Positions 7,805 to 16,437 are shown, numbered from the stretch's first letter. The stretch: 37,144 nt of DNA from a virus (IMGVR_UViG_3300016467_000217:1-37144), one strand, 5' to 3'. Notes: a model not told the origin generated them from the sequence alone. Numbers and translations: made by a program.

Positions 7805-8103
7805 TGGGAACTCCACACAAACACCGTGACGTCATCATCGCTTGGGCAGAGGGGGAGGAAATTGAATGGAAATATCAGACTTCTGAGCGTTGGTTTTCTT
7901 TGTGCGGGGACAGCCCTGATTGGGGTAGTAGCGATTGCAATTTTCGCATCAAGCCCAAGCTCGTGAAGCGCGAGGGGTGGGTGAATGTTTATGGTGAATT
8001 CATATCAGGCGGGGCTATTCATCCTACAAAAGAGTTGGCAATAGCACGGGCATCGTGCCCTATAACCGCCACAGTCCGCATCGAATGGGAGGAGGAAGTA
8101 TGA
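7804..8103 (+). CDS. Hypothetical phage protein
   Basis: PHKH..I.AWAEGE.I...P.W....FRIKP pattern; translationally coupled. Confidence 0.8.
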   Translation: MGTPHKHRDVIIAWAEGEEIEWKYQTSERWFSLCGDSPDWGSSDCNFRIKPKLVKREGWVNVYGEFISGGAIHPTKELAIARASCPITATVRIEWEEEV

Positions 8104-8339
8104 GCATCCTCACCATGACCATCAACGACTGCCAAGTAGAGGTCGAGTTCACGTTCTGGAAAGGCTACGAAGCCACGTTTGATGATCCCGGTTGCCATGA
8201 CGAAGCAGAGGTTGGCAAGGTCTGGTATCCAGCCAATAGCAAGGAATCCGTCAACATTTTGCCCGTCATGCACGAGGATGACATTCAGGCAATCTATGAT
8301 CACATTTATAACTGTGCTGGGAGTGAGTCAGATGATTAG
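8100..8339 (+). CDS. Hypothetical acidic protein
   Basis: ATGA overlap, GGAGG RBS. Confidence 0.75.
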   Translation: MSILTMTINDCQVEVEFTFWKGYEATFDDPGCHDEAEVGKVWYPANSKESVNILPVMHEDDIQAIYDHIYNCAGSESDD

Positions 8340-8439
8340 AATCATCAAAGTGCTACTGGTCATGGCGTCCATTTGGGGCTACGCCTACATCAGCAATCAG
8401 GATTTTGAAGATCAACAAAAGGCCGAGGCCGTTCGATAA
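8332..8439 (+). CDS. Small membrane peptide, 35 aa
   Basis: MIRIIKVLLVMASIWGYAYISNQDFEDQQ... Confidence 0.6.
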   Translation: MIRIIKVLLVMASIWGYAYISNQDFEDQQKAEAVR

Positions 8440-8538
8440 ATGAAATCACTCCGCGCAATTCGCATGGCTATCATCTACTGGCAGATTGACTGGTTAATGG
8501 CGCGAGTGAGCAAACTAATTAACCGTACGCGGGTATAG
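8440..8538 (+). CDS. Small hypothetical peptide, 32 aa
   Basis: ATG abuts the previous stop; GAGG upstream. Confidence 0.4.
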   Translation: MKSLRAIRMAIIYWQIDWLMARVSKLINRTRV

Positions 8539-8637
8539 AGCGGTCAATGATCCCCGAGGCGCAACAGTGCGGCGGTCTCTCTCCACGAACCACCATACCG
8601 CAATGCGTGGGTGCGCCATTCTTACTACAGGAAACCA

Positions 8638-8748
8638 ATGAACTTTGAAGCAAAAATGACGGGGCTGATGATTATCGGATTCATTCTGGTCATCATCATT
8701 GAATTTGTAGTCGGCAAGCATTGCCTGAAAGATGATGAGGAGGATTGA
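8638..8748 (+). CDS. Small membrane peptide, 36 aa
   Basis: AGGA RBS; hydrophobic core GLMIIGFILVIIIEFVV. Confidence 0.6.
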   Translation: MNFEAKMTGLMIIGFILVIIIEFVVGKHCLKDDEED

Positions 8749-8903
8749 TGGCTTCACACGGCGATCAGTTCACAAAGAAGGACAAAAGCGCACTACGCAA
8801 TAATCCTGTTGATTACCCGCCACCCTGCGACTCATGTGCAAAGGATGGCAAGTGCAAGGACATTTGCGCCAGTTACAGGACTTGGGAGAAAACAGGAGTC
8901 TGA
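8748..8903 (+). CDS. Small four-cysteine protein, 51 aa
   Basis: GAGGAGG RBS, TGATG coupling; PCDSCAKDGKCKDIC. Confidence 0.65.
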   Translation: MASHGDQFTKKDKSALRNNPVDYPPPCDSCAKDGKCKDICASYRTWEKTGV

Positions 8904-8908
8904 GTTAC

Positions 8909-9135
8909 GGCCCCCTACCATTTAATCAATGGTTGTTGGGAGACACTGGGGGCCACCCTAAACAGAAGCGCATTGCACCTCAGATGGCGATCCGGGGTTT
9001 TCCAATGTCAGTGCGCTTCTTTTTGAGGTAAAATAAGCCCGTCAGCGTTGCACCTGATGAAAGCCTTTAATTGATAGTCGGCCCGGTCGCTTTGGATTGG
9101 GGTGCAACCCGGCTATCAACTTAAGGGCTTTTTTA
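8909..9135 (+). ncRNA. Cluster of three stem-loops with mutually complementary loops (C4-like antisense/target array)
   Basis: Stems 8909-8954, 8964-9020 (+T tract), 9060-9131 (+T tract). Confidence 0.55.
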
Positions 9136-9150
9136 TTGCCCGGAGAAAAG

Positions 9151-9402
9151 ATGAGCGAACCAAAATTTACGCCAGGGCCTTGGAATGCAGATGGGGTTTA
9201 TGTCTGTGATGAAAACGATTCTGAAGTTGCGCTGTGTGATGGTGATAACTGGGAGCCAAACTCTTACCTCATCGCCGCCGCACCGGAGCTTTATGAGGCT
9301 TTGGAAGCAATGCTTGATTTGGTTCGAGCAGAAAATGACGGAGAGCTTTTGATAGCTCACGAAGCCAAAGCCGCACTCGCCAAGGCCAGAGGTGAAGTAT
9401 GA
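9151..9402 (+). CDS. Hypothetical phage protein (TPGPW...LIAAAPELYEAL type)
   Basis: Widespread phage motif; GGAG RBS before ATG 9151. Confidence 0.85.
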   Translation: MSEPKFTPGPWNADGVYVCDENDSEVALCDGDNWEPNSYLIAAAPELYEALEAMLDLVRAENDGELLIAHEAKAALAKARGEV

Positions 9403-9749
9403 CTGACAAAGAACTGATGCTCAAAGCCTACAAAGCATTAGGCGTATTCAATGAGCGCAACCCCACCCAGACAGTCGAGAATATCCTCATGGAACTGGAT
9501 GACCGCATTCAGGAGATCACTGAGGAAGAAAAGCATTACAAGATGAGCAAGGAATCCCGTGACAAGATGCGCCTTGCTGCTCTTGGTAATAGGCATACAT
9601 GGAACCCTGCCTACGATGCACCATATCTCGAGATCAAGGCATTGGTCGCCAAAGGCGTATCCGTAACCTGTGCGTGTAAAGCTGTCGGTATGGGGTCTGA
9701 TGCTTACTACAGACGTAGGCGGATTGAATTGAATGGGAGAGATAGATGA
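9399..9749 (+). CDS. Hypothetical DNA-binding protein with NUMOD3-like motif and HTH
   Basis: MSKESRDKMRLAALG; GVSVTCACKAVGM...YYRR. Confidence 0.7.
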   Translation: MTDKELMLKAYKALGVFNERNPTQTVENILMELDDRIQEITEEEKHYKMSKESRDKMRLAALGNRHTWNPAYDAPYLEIKALVAKGVSVTCACKAVGMGSDAYYRRRRIELNGRDR

Positions 9750-10018
9750 ACGCACCAAAAAAGATTTGGATGGCAGCAGATGATGCGTTTCAAGAGTATT
9801 ACCACCAGTTTGATGGAGACATTGGATACATCCGCGCCGACATTGTTGATGAGTTGGTGGAGGCGTTGAAATTTGCATGGCCAATCATTGAGCACGAACG
9901 CTATAAATGGGATGGCTCATACGGTAAAAATTTTGACTCCGCCAAAGCTGATCGCGCAAGACAAGCGAGTGAGAAAAGCAGAGCCGCACTCGCAAAGCTG
10001 GAGGAGAGCCATGACTAA
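9746..10018 (+). CDS. Hypothetical phage protein
   Basis: APKKIW...YIRADIVDELVEALK; coupled. Confidence 0.8.
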   Translation: MNAPKKIWMAADDAFQEYYHQFDGDIGYIRADIVDELVEALKFAWPIIEHERYKWDGSYGKNFDSAKADRARQASEKSRAALAKLEESHD

Positions 10019-10325
10019 GAAAGACAAACTAGACGTACTGATGCTTCTATCTGCGTTGGAGTCGTATTGCCTGACTAGCATCGATGGAAAGCGGTGTTTT
10101 CCTGATTACTTGCTGGAACTGATTGATAGGTCTACGGCGGTGCTGAAGGCTGATGTGTTGGAGGAGAGCCATGAGTGAAGGATTTATGTTACTCCAACAG
10201 CGAAAAACTGTTGGCTACATGGTTCTGTGGGATGGTTTCAAAATATCTACTTACAAGAAACCAAGTTGGTTCTATTTAGCCATGATGCGGTGTTGCTTTG
10301 GGTGGAAGTGGGAGGAGAGCCATGA
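10000..10325 (+). repeat. Three copies of GGAGGAGAGCCATGA at consecutive gene junctions
   Basis: 10000-10014, 10160-10174, 10311-10325. Confidence 0.9.
10011..10178 (+). CDS. Hypothetical protein, 55 aa
   Basis: Starts in the junction repeat; ends EESHE. Confidence 0.75.
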   Translation: MTKKDKLDVLMLLSALESYCLTSIDGKRCFPDYLLELIDRSTAVLKADVLEESHE

Positions 10326-10329
10326 CTGA
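10171..10329 (+). CDS. Hypothetical protein, 52 aa (not in ORF track)
   Basis: MSEGFMLLQQ...KKPSWFYLAMMRCCFGWKWEESHD. Confidence 0.7.
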   Translation: MSEGFMLLQQRKTVGYMVLWDGFKISTYKKPSWFYLAMMRCCFGWKWEESHD

Positions 10330-10582
10330 CAAAGCGCGTGAGTTGTTGGAACGGGCGTGTGATGTTTGGGATGAAGCAAATTACAGTCATACAGAAATGC
10401 ACGTGGTATTTAATGCAATCCGCGCCTATCTCGCAGAGCCAGAGGTGAAGCGGGAAAGGCTAAGTGACGCATTTATTTACCAAGTAGGAAACAAACGCGT
10501 TATCGCGGAATTTAACGATGAATTTCATGCAGGTGTCCGTTTCGCAGAATGGCGCCACGGGATTGGAGGTGGGGATGAATAG
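10322..10582 (+). CDS. Hypothetical protein
   Basis: MTDKARELLERA...IRAYLAEPE...GVRFAE..HGIGG. Confidence 0.75.
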   Translation: MTDKARELLERACDVWDEANYSHTEMHVVFNAIRAYLAEPEVKRERLSDAFIYQVGNKRVIAEFNDEFHAGVRFAEWRHGIGGGDE

Positions 10583-10955
10583 GGAAAGAGAGTTGCTGGA
10601 GCGCATAGTCACCGCTTGGGAAGATGATAGGTACGAACTAGGTGATGCGTTGTATCCATTAATTGACGATGCTCGCAAACTCCTAGAATCAGAAAAACAA
10701 AATCAGCCGGAGCCTGTGGCGTACATCCAAAGAGATCAATTGGAAAAGGCGGTGAGAGCGCCAATGCTTTGTGAAGTCTCACCAGAACCGAGACAAGACC
10801 GTGTTGGTATTTATCTCTACCCCGCCCCACGGAAGCCTTTTGTGCGGTTGAGTGAGGAAAAAATGAAACGGCTAATTAACGAAAATTTAGAAAGCCTTTC
10901 GTTTTATGAAATAGCCCGAGCCATTGAGGATGCGTTGGAGGCCAGAAACTCATGA
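10575..10955 (+). CDS. Hypothetical protein
   Basis: MNRERELLER...EPVA...LY.AP...LSEE...ARAIE.AL..RN; GGAGG RBS. Confidence 0.75.
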   Translation: MNRERELLERIVTAWEDDRYELGDALYPLIDDARKLLESEKQNQPEPVAYIQRDQLEKAVRAPMLCEVSPEPRQDRVGIYLYPAPRKPFVRLSEEKMKRLINENLESLSFYEIARAIEDALEARNS

Positions 10956-11080
10956 CCGCCATCATTATCCTTGCCTCAATGACCTTAGAAGAAGCCAAGG
11001 CCAAGCATCACGCTTATATTGCTTGTTTGAAGCATCACAGCGTCAGGTACTGCAACGTCAAATATCAGGTGAAATCGTGA
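10952..11080 (+). CDS. Small hypothetical protein, 42 aa
   Basis: ATGA overlap, GGAGG RBS. Confidence 0.55.
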   Translation: MTAIIILASMTLEEAKAKHHAYIACLKHHSVRYCNVKYQVKS

Positions 11081-11211
11081 ACAAGTACGAAATACGTTTC
11101 TGGTGCTGTCAGATTATTTCGTATCTGGCGTTTCTTGAAGACGGCACAAAAGGGTTGTTCCTTGGCTTTGCGTGGGGACTGTGTGGACTTTTTTACTTGA
11201 CAAAAGCATGA
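11077..11211 (+). CDS. Small membrane protein, 44 aa
   Basis: GTGA overlap, AGGTG RBS, two hydrophobic stretches. Confidence 0.55.
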   Translation: MNKYEIRFWCCQIISYLAFLEDGTKGLFLGFAWGLCGLFYLTKA

Positions 11212-11396
11212 CCAACAAATATCAAGCCGGGAACTATATGCTTGTCCTGTTTGACCGCTACGGCACGAAACTGGATACGGTGATGGTCGATGAAGGTGGG
11301 CTACTTACAGCCCAAGAGCGGGGATCAGAGATGCGTAACGAAGGACTCTGCGCTAGTTTCTGCGTCATCAGAGTCCTTCATAACAGTCTGGACTAG
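11208..11396 (+). CDS. Hypothetical protein
   Basis: ATGA overlap; last gene of the + strand arm. Confidence 0.6.
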   Translation: MTNKYQAGNYMLVLFDRYGTKLDTVMVDEGGLLTAQERGSEMRNEGLCASFCVIRVLHNSLD

Positions 11397-11617
11397 CGTC
11401 CTTTGATGGCTTCGACTTTGGTCTCAATGCGTTCGATAGCTATCTCAATCCGGGATAGCTTGTCGTACGCTTCTTTCGATTCCTTTTTATGCTCGTCGGT
11501 GTGAGCCTTCATGTCTGTTTCGAGACGGTTAATCTTGATGTCATGGCCCTGAATCATGACGTATGCGGAAAGGATTGCCGCTAATACCGGCAGTCCAACC
11601 TTGATCCATTCGGCCAT
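11393..11617 (-). CDS. Single-TM coiled-coil protein of the lysis module, 74 aa
   Basis: AGGAGG RBS; N-terminal TM then heptad coil. Confidence 0.7.
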   Translation of the reverse strand: MAEWIKVGLPVLAAILSAYVMIQGHDIKINRLETDMKAHTDEHKKESKEAYDKLSRIEIAIERIETKVEAIKGR

Positions 11618-11631
11618 TGCACAAGCCTCCT

Positions 11632-11793
11632 TTAGTCTTTCCAGAAGACGCCTAGCAAGCCCGTCAGAGCCATCCCAGCCGTAACTATGGCTTCCGATTG
11701 CTCCTGATCCAGACTGACTCCTGCGGCGGTTAAGATCCACACTAATCCTGCCCATGTTGACCTCTGATTCAATGCAATGCCAATGTTCTTCAT
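11632..11793 (-). CDS. Putative holin, 53 aa (not in ORF track)
   Basis: MKNIGIALNQRSTWAGLVWILTAAGVSLDQEQSEAIVTAGMALTGLLGVFWKD; two TM segments; ATGA overlap with the lysozyme. Confidence 0.75.
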   Translation of the reverse strand: MKNIGIALNQRSTWAGLVWILTAAGVSLDQEQSEAIVTAGMALTGLLGVFWKD

Positions 11794-12224
11794 GATGCTT
11801 CACCCAAATAGAGATTCCGTTCAGCCTTGCGCCTGTTGACCAGTCCCGCAATGATCTTGCCCCCGGCCTTGTTCCATAACAAGAACGCAGAAGCTGCTCC
11901 TGTGTATTGTCCTGCCTTATGCAATCGTGCCACTGACGATTTGCTGAAATTGCCTATGCCGATGTTATAGCACAAGCTGACCATCGCATCGAACTGATTC
12001 TGATGGGCTTTCCCAGCGTACTTATCAACGGCCTGTTCGTATTTCACGAGGGCATTAGCAAGCAAGGCTTCAGCCTGAGATTCAGTGATCGTCATTCCGA
12101 GTTTAATGTCTGGCCCAGTCTGGCCGTAACCAACAGTTGCTATCCCCGCTGGGCACAAGTAGGCCGTCAGGCGTAAGCCCTCAAACCGCTTGATGAGGTC
12201 TATCCCTTCAATGCTGGTTTTCAT
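11790..12224 (-). CDS. Endolysin, GH24 phage lysozyme
   Basis: IKRFEG.RL.AY.CPAG..T.GYG, QFDA.VS..YNIG, W.KAGG...GL..RR.AE. Confidence 0.95.
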   Translation of the reverse strand: MKTSIEGIDLIKRFEGLRLTAYLCPAGIATVGYGQTGPDIKLGMTITESQAEALLANALVKYEQAVDKYAGKAHQNQFDAMVSLCYNIGIGNFSKSSVARLHKAGQYTGAASAFLLWNKAGGKIIAGLVNRRKAERNLYLGEAS

Positions 12225-12227
12225 TTT

Positions 12228-13265
12228 TCATCCTAACAAGAGAAAAAAATTACCTTTTGACGCACCAAGAAAATTCCACCCTGTGTTATTCCCAGAATCG
12301 ACGGAATTTAACCCCGCAGTCCATGTTGCGCCACCTGTAACGTTTGAATCTTTGATATTTAAGTAGTCGCAGGATATAGATCCAGAAGAGCAGGATAGTG
12401 TTGCCTGACTTCCAGTAACACTAGAATTTAACGTAACCAAATTTCCTACAGTTCCATTAACATTAAACGAAGTTACTGTTTGCGTGGTTCCGGCGGTCAG
12501 CGTCAACGTGGTCGGCTGGACTGAATTGGTAATGTTGTTAAATATATTCGACCCGGAGATCGTTTTTGCATAAGAACTTCCAAGATTCAAGTTGTAATAC
12601 GTTTTTGATCCACCGATAAATGTAGTGGCTCCTGAATTCGCAAGGTTAATGGTTGATGTTCCACAATTTACTGTCAACGAGCCGACCACATTCCAATTAG
12701 ACCCTGAACCCGTAATTGTCCATGTACCAGACCCCATATTAAGTACGCGACCCGCGCCAGATGGGGATGAATAAGCTGATGCCTGAACGTTAAAAGTCCC
12801 CGCCGTAATCGTCCCAGCGGTATGGGTGATCTGCCCGTTGGTGGTCAGGTTGCTTGCAAGCGTTCTTGTTCCAGTCCCTGAGAATATGAGCCCAGAGGCG
12901 AGCGCCATCGATCCAAAGTTAAGAGAAAAAGGCCCCGGTCCGCTTCCTCCAAAAGTTATAACTCCAGTATAAGTCCGACTCGAAAACGCCGATACCGTGA
13001 CATTTCCACTAATACCGAGCGTACTGGTTCCAGCCAATGTCATATTTGCGTTGGCTATTGTCAGGTTGGCACAATTCGCCGCCGCTGCAATCGTGACGGT
13101 AAAGGCACTCGACCCTGAATAGGAGCCGAAATTTGCATTGTCTGCGGTGGTAGGCGCTGTTGTGGAAACATATGACGCAGAAGAACTTGACCAGTTAGTC
13201 GTGGAACTCCATGCCCCTGTAGATGAGCCTGTACCGCCAGAAGGCCACCAATATTTATCAGCCAT
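12228..13265 (-). CDS. G/S/T/N-rich beta-solenoid-like virion/adhesion protein
   Basis: Small-residue beta repeats; located in the fibre region. Confidence 0.6.
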   Translation of the reverse strand: MADKYWWPSGGTGSSTGAWSSTTNWSSSSASYVSTTAPTTADNANFGSYSGSSAFTVTIAAAANCANLTIANANMTLAGTSTLGISGNVTVSAFSSRTYTGVITFGGSGPGPFSLNFGSMALASGLIFSGTGTRTLASNLTTNGQITHTAGTITAGTFNVQASAYSSPSGAGRVLNMGSGTWTITGSGSNWNVVGSLTVNCGTSTINLANSGATTFIGGSKTYYNLNLGSSYAKTISGSNIFNNITNSVQPTTLTLTAGTTQTVTSFNVNGTVGNLVTLNSSVTGSQATLSCSSGSISCDYLNIKDSNVTGGATWTAGLNSVDSGNNTGWNFLGASKGNFFLLLG

Positions 13266-13273
13266 GATTTACC

Positions 13274-14470
13274 TTATGCGACAGCAACACAACGCCATTT
13301 TGTTGTTGCGGAGTTCCAAATAAAACCTACATCAAGACGGTTGGTAGTCACGGTTGTAGTTGGAAGTGACGCAGTTGATGATTCAAAAGAAGCTCCCCAT
13401 GTAATTGCTATAGCAGTTGTCCCCGTTATCGCAATCCACAATTTTTGTCCGTTGTTCGGAGTGCCGCTTAAATTTGTAGTAAAAGACGTAATCGCTGCTG
13501 ATTGCCCTGTTATCACCATCATGTCGTAATTATCGGTGTTTAACGTAGGCGTGGCAGAATTTGCGGAAGAAGATAAAACTCTTTGGACAATGCGCTTATT
13601 CGAAAGACTTTCAGCGCCTGTTGGACTTGTGTAATCCGTTCCAGGGGTTGCTAACGCGGCATTAGCGCCGTCGCCTTTGATTAGACCTGAAATGGAACAG
13701 GTCGTTGACGTAGAAATCGTATTCGGTCCTGCCGGACCTGTATCACCTTGGATGCCCTGGATGCCTTGGATTCCTTGAATTCCTTGGATTCCTTGATCTC
13801 CAGTATCACCCTTAATTCCTTGTATCCCTTGTACCCCTTGTGGCCCCTGAATTGACCCACCATCGACATAAGCAGGGGGAATTGCGGTTGAATCATATAC
13901 CCACAATGAGTCATCTGATTGAACAATATACGCATCACCATGCACTGCTGGTAATGGCAATGACGCAACGTTTGGGACTTGGCCTTTGAATGTTATGCCA
14001 AGCCCCGGATCTCCTTGAATCCCTTGAATCCCCTGCGGTCCAGTATCGCCTGTATCACCCTTTGGACCCTGTATACCCTGTATACCCTGTTCGCCTTGGA
14101 CTCCTTGCGGACCTTGAATCCCTTGAGGTCCAGTGTCCCCGGTATCACCTTTTGGACCTTGTATACCTTGTTCACCTTGGATTCCCTGCGCCCCGGTATC
14201 TCCTACGTCACCTTTTGGCCCCTGTATACCCTGTTCGCCTTGGATTCCTTGCGGACCTTGCGGTCCAGTTTCTCCCTGCGGTCCAGTGGGTCCAGTGGGT
14301 CCAGTGGGTCCAGTGGGTCCAGTATCTCCTTGCGGACCCTGCGGTCCTGTGGAACCTATATTGATTTCAACTGTTGGTGATTGTCCCTCTTCTTGAATAA
14401 CAAGAGTCGGGCTATCTGTTGGTAATACAGTAACCGATCCAGCAACGGTTTCAGTGACTTCAACAATCAT
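13274..14470 (-). CDS. Collagen-like tail fibre protein
   Basis: Two Gly-X-Y tracts (GPQ, GIQ, GDT) split by a FKGQV...LP...GDAYIV...LWVYD module. Confidence 0.85.
   Translation of the reverse strand: MIVEVTETVAGSVTVLPTDSPTLVIQEEGQSPTVEINIGSTGPQGPQGDTGPTGPTGPTGPTGPQGETGPQGPQGIQGEQGIQGPKGDVGDTGAQGIQGEQGIQGPKGDTGDTGPQGIQGPQGVQGEQGIQGIQGPKGDTGDTGPQGIQGIQGDPGLGITFKGQVPNVASLPLPAVHGDAYIVQSDDSLWVYDSTAIPPAYVDGGSIQGPQGVQGIQGIKGDTGDQGIQGIQGIQGIQGIQGDTGPAGPNTISTSTTCSISGLIKGDGANAALATPGTDYTSPTGAESLSNKRIVQRVLSSSANSATPTLNTDNYDMMVITGQSAAITSFTTNLSGTPNNGQKLWIAITGTTAIAITWGASFESSTASLPTTTVTTNRLDVGFIWNSATTKWRCVAVA
13735..14350. repeat. 9-bp periodic collagen-coding repeats
   Basis: For example GGTCCAGTG tandem copies at 14280-14323. 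Confidence 0.85.
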
Positions 14471-14847
14471 CTGGTAGCCTCTGGATAAATGAATGCAGAA
14501 CCTTGCAAGATGCGAGTCACAACACCCGCAATTTCAAGTTCAATATCCCACACCATCTGCTGACAAGGTTTACCGTCATTATTTGTAAGCGTTGCAAGAT
14601 CCAATGCAATCTGACTTGTTTCAAGTGCAGTAGCCGTTACATCTATAGTTCCTAATGCGCCGCCTAGAACAATTCCTGAATCAGACGTAAGACTCAAAAC
14701 AACGGGTCCAGAATACGATTTACGAACTTTCATCCGCGCTTCATACCCAGTAAGGTCAATGGGGTTTCCCGCATCATCCTTCCATGTCAAATTAAGACTG
14801 TAGGTCGATCCTTGCTCAATATGGATATTGTAAATTCCTGCCAGCAT
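14467..14847 (-). CDS. Virion structural protein (BppU-like Ig fold)
   Basis: I.QG.T...W.D..G.PIDLTGY.ARM.VR...WDIEL...V.RIL.G......PE.TR. Confidence 0.7.
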   Translation of the reverse strand: MLAGIYNIHIEQGSTYSLNLTWKDDAGNPIDLTGYEARMKVRKSYSGPVVLSLTSDSGIVLGGALGTIDVTATALETSQIALDLATLTNNDGKPCQQMVWDIELEIAGVVTRILQGSAFIYPEATR

Positions 14848-14855
14848 TGAAGTTC

Positions 14856-15029
14856 CTATTCAGGGTTTTCTTGGTGTTCAGCCGCTTCAAAAGCATCAAA
14901 TTGTTCTTTAGCCTGACGTTCGATTTCCATCAGGATGCCATAGGAGTTTGACTTGTTTGGAAGTTCAGCCAGAATTGAGACAAGATGGTTATAAGCCTGT
15001 GCATTGAGCGTGATCTGTACGGTTTCCAT
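14856..15029 (-). CDS. Small tail-region protein, 57 aa (not in ORF track)
   Basis: AGGA RBS; METVQITLNAQAYNHLVSILAELP... Confidence 0.65.
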   Translation of the reverse strand: METVQITLNAQAYNHLVSILAELPNKSNSYGILMEIERQAKEQFDAFEAAEHQENPE

Positions 15030-15053
15030 AGTGATTCCTGTGTTGAGTTGAAA

Positions 15054-15386
15054 TTAAGCCCAAGGAAGGGCAGGAGTGATGATCTTCGGACTAATCTGGT
15101 CCTGAATCTGAGCATCAATGCTCTGGTAAATCGCGCTTACTTGCTCTTCGCCTAAGGCATCTTTTGTCCACTGAATCACTTCATCCTTGGTAAGTTGGTC
15201 ATAGGGCTTAAATGCGCCCTTTGGCTGGTCATCCGGGAAGGTGAATGTCGCATACACCCTGCCACTATTCCCGTCCGAATCTGTCCGTGCGCAGGACCAG
15301 TGAGAGGTAATGATCTGATTGGCTCTGCCATCGACTTGGGGTATAACCTCTAGGGCTGAGATTTCCCATTCGTATTGGTTGCTCAT
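15054..15386 (-). CDS. Tail fibre-associated/assembly protein
   Basis: Y.W.I..L...HW...F.PY.QLT...VI.W...ALG...LPW pattern common after fibre genes. Confidence 0.7.
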   Translation of the reverse strand: MSNQYEWEISALEVIPQVDGRANQIITSHWSCARTDSDGNSGRVYATFTFPDDQPKGAFKPYDQLTKDEVIQWTKDALGEEQVSAIYQSIDAQIQDQISPKIITPALPWA

Positions 15387-15402
15387 GGTTTTTCTCTATG
15401 TG

Positions 15403-16437
15403 TTAAGCGGGACCAAGCGTGGTTATTGTTCCAGATGAACCTTTATATTTTAAGGCGCCGGCTTCAACGTAAATAACCCCACCGCCAGACGGTGTACCGG
15501 GAACGATTCCTCTATTTGCGATATAAAGCGCATTTGAACCGCCGGGGTCAGAAGTACCGCCAAGCAGTAAATTTGGTGCTGCTGTTAAAGTAAGCGCCTG
15601 AGTGAAGGAGATCGCATTTCCTGCTGTGCCGGAGACGGCGTTGAACCAAGCATGGACACCAGTACCATTTGCTCCGCATTCATATCTTGCCGCTGGGTTT
15701 GTCGTTTTATAAACCCAGCCAGCACCTCCGGCGCTACCTTGGTATGCATTGAAGGTTGTAATAAGTGCGCCAGAACTGTTTTGCGCTATTGCTCCGAAAG
15801 AGGCAATGTCTAGTGCGCGGGCAGAGCTGTACCAAGCGCTCGGCTTTACACCCAGACCGAGATTGCCTCCAGCGTCGAGACGCATACGCTCAGTAGCTGC
15901 ACCAGACGACCACGACCTGAAAGCAAGCGCAGAAGTTTCACCGGCGACACTTTCCATAACGGCGCCGATGGAATACCGCGGATTAGCGCCGCCGGGGGTT
16001 GATGCGTCTGCTGAATAGAACTGTAACTGGGTGAAATCGGTAGTCGTACTCCATGTGCCTGCCCCACCATCACCAGTGCTAAGATCAGAGATTCGCAGAA
16101 CAATCGGGCTACCAGAACCTGTTCCAAGAGTCGTAGTTCCGGCAACATCTAATCTGCCACCGGGAGAAGCAATTCCTACACCTACATTTCCTGTAGTCGT
16201 TAAGGTAGTAAATTTTCCTGTATTTGGAGTCGTAGACCCCATTGGAGGAGGTGATGCAAACGTCGAAGTCTGGGCTGTATAGCTGACCATGTAATCAGCA
16301 ATGTTGACCAGATTGGTGAAACAGGGAATGAATCGTGTGCGCCATCCACCATTACGAAGGCCAGTGGTTGCGTTATCGTCATCCGATACAGTCGAACCAT
16401 CGCCGCCAATGGCCGTTGGGAAAGTGACTGAGGTCAT
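15403..16437 (-). CDS. Tail fibre protein
   Basis: GNVGVG..SP...LDV, TERMRLD..GNLGLG fibre repeats. Confidence 0.8.
   Translation of the reverse strand: MTSVTFPTAIGGDGSTVSDDDNATTGLRNGGWRTRFIPCFTNLVNIADYMVSYTAQTSTFASPPPMGSTTPNTGKFTTLTTTGNVGVGIASPGGRLDVAGTTTLGTGSGSPIVLRISDLSTGDGGAGTWSTTTDFTQLQFYSADASTPGGANPRYSIGAVMESVAGETSALAFRSWSSGAATERMRLDAGGNLGLGVKPSAWYSSARALDIASFGAIAQNSSGALITTFNAYQGSAGGAGWVYKTTNPAARYECGANGTGVHAWFNAVSGTAGNAISFTQALTLTAAPNLLLGGTSDPGGSNALYIANRGIVPGTPSGGGVIYVEAGALKYKGSSGTITTLGPA

Noticed and set aside
7351-9135. tRNA genes among the intergenic hairpins
   Set aside because: No T-loop (TTCGA) or D-loop consensus and no cloverleaf spacing seen
10000-10325. CRISPR-like array from the 15-bp repeats
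   Set aside because: Repeats are RBS/start junctions, the intervals are 150-160 bp coding genes, and no cas genes are present
11618-11851. N-terminal half of the 152-aa ORF
   Set aside because: Overlaps the lysozyme end and the holin in another frame; AGGAGG supports ATG 11617
13979-14396. Repetitive antisense and alternate-frame ORFs
   Set aside because: Shadows of the 9-bp collagen periodicity
12228-16437. Diversity-generating retroelement targeting the fibres
   Set aside because: No reverse transcriptase and no TR/VR repeat pair noticed
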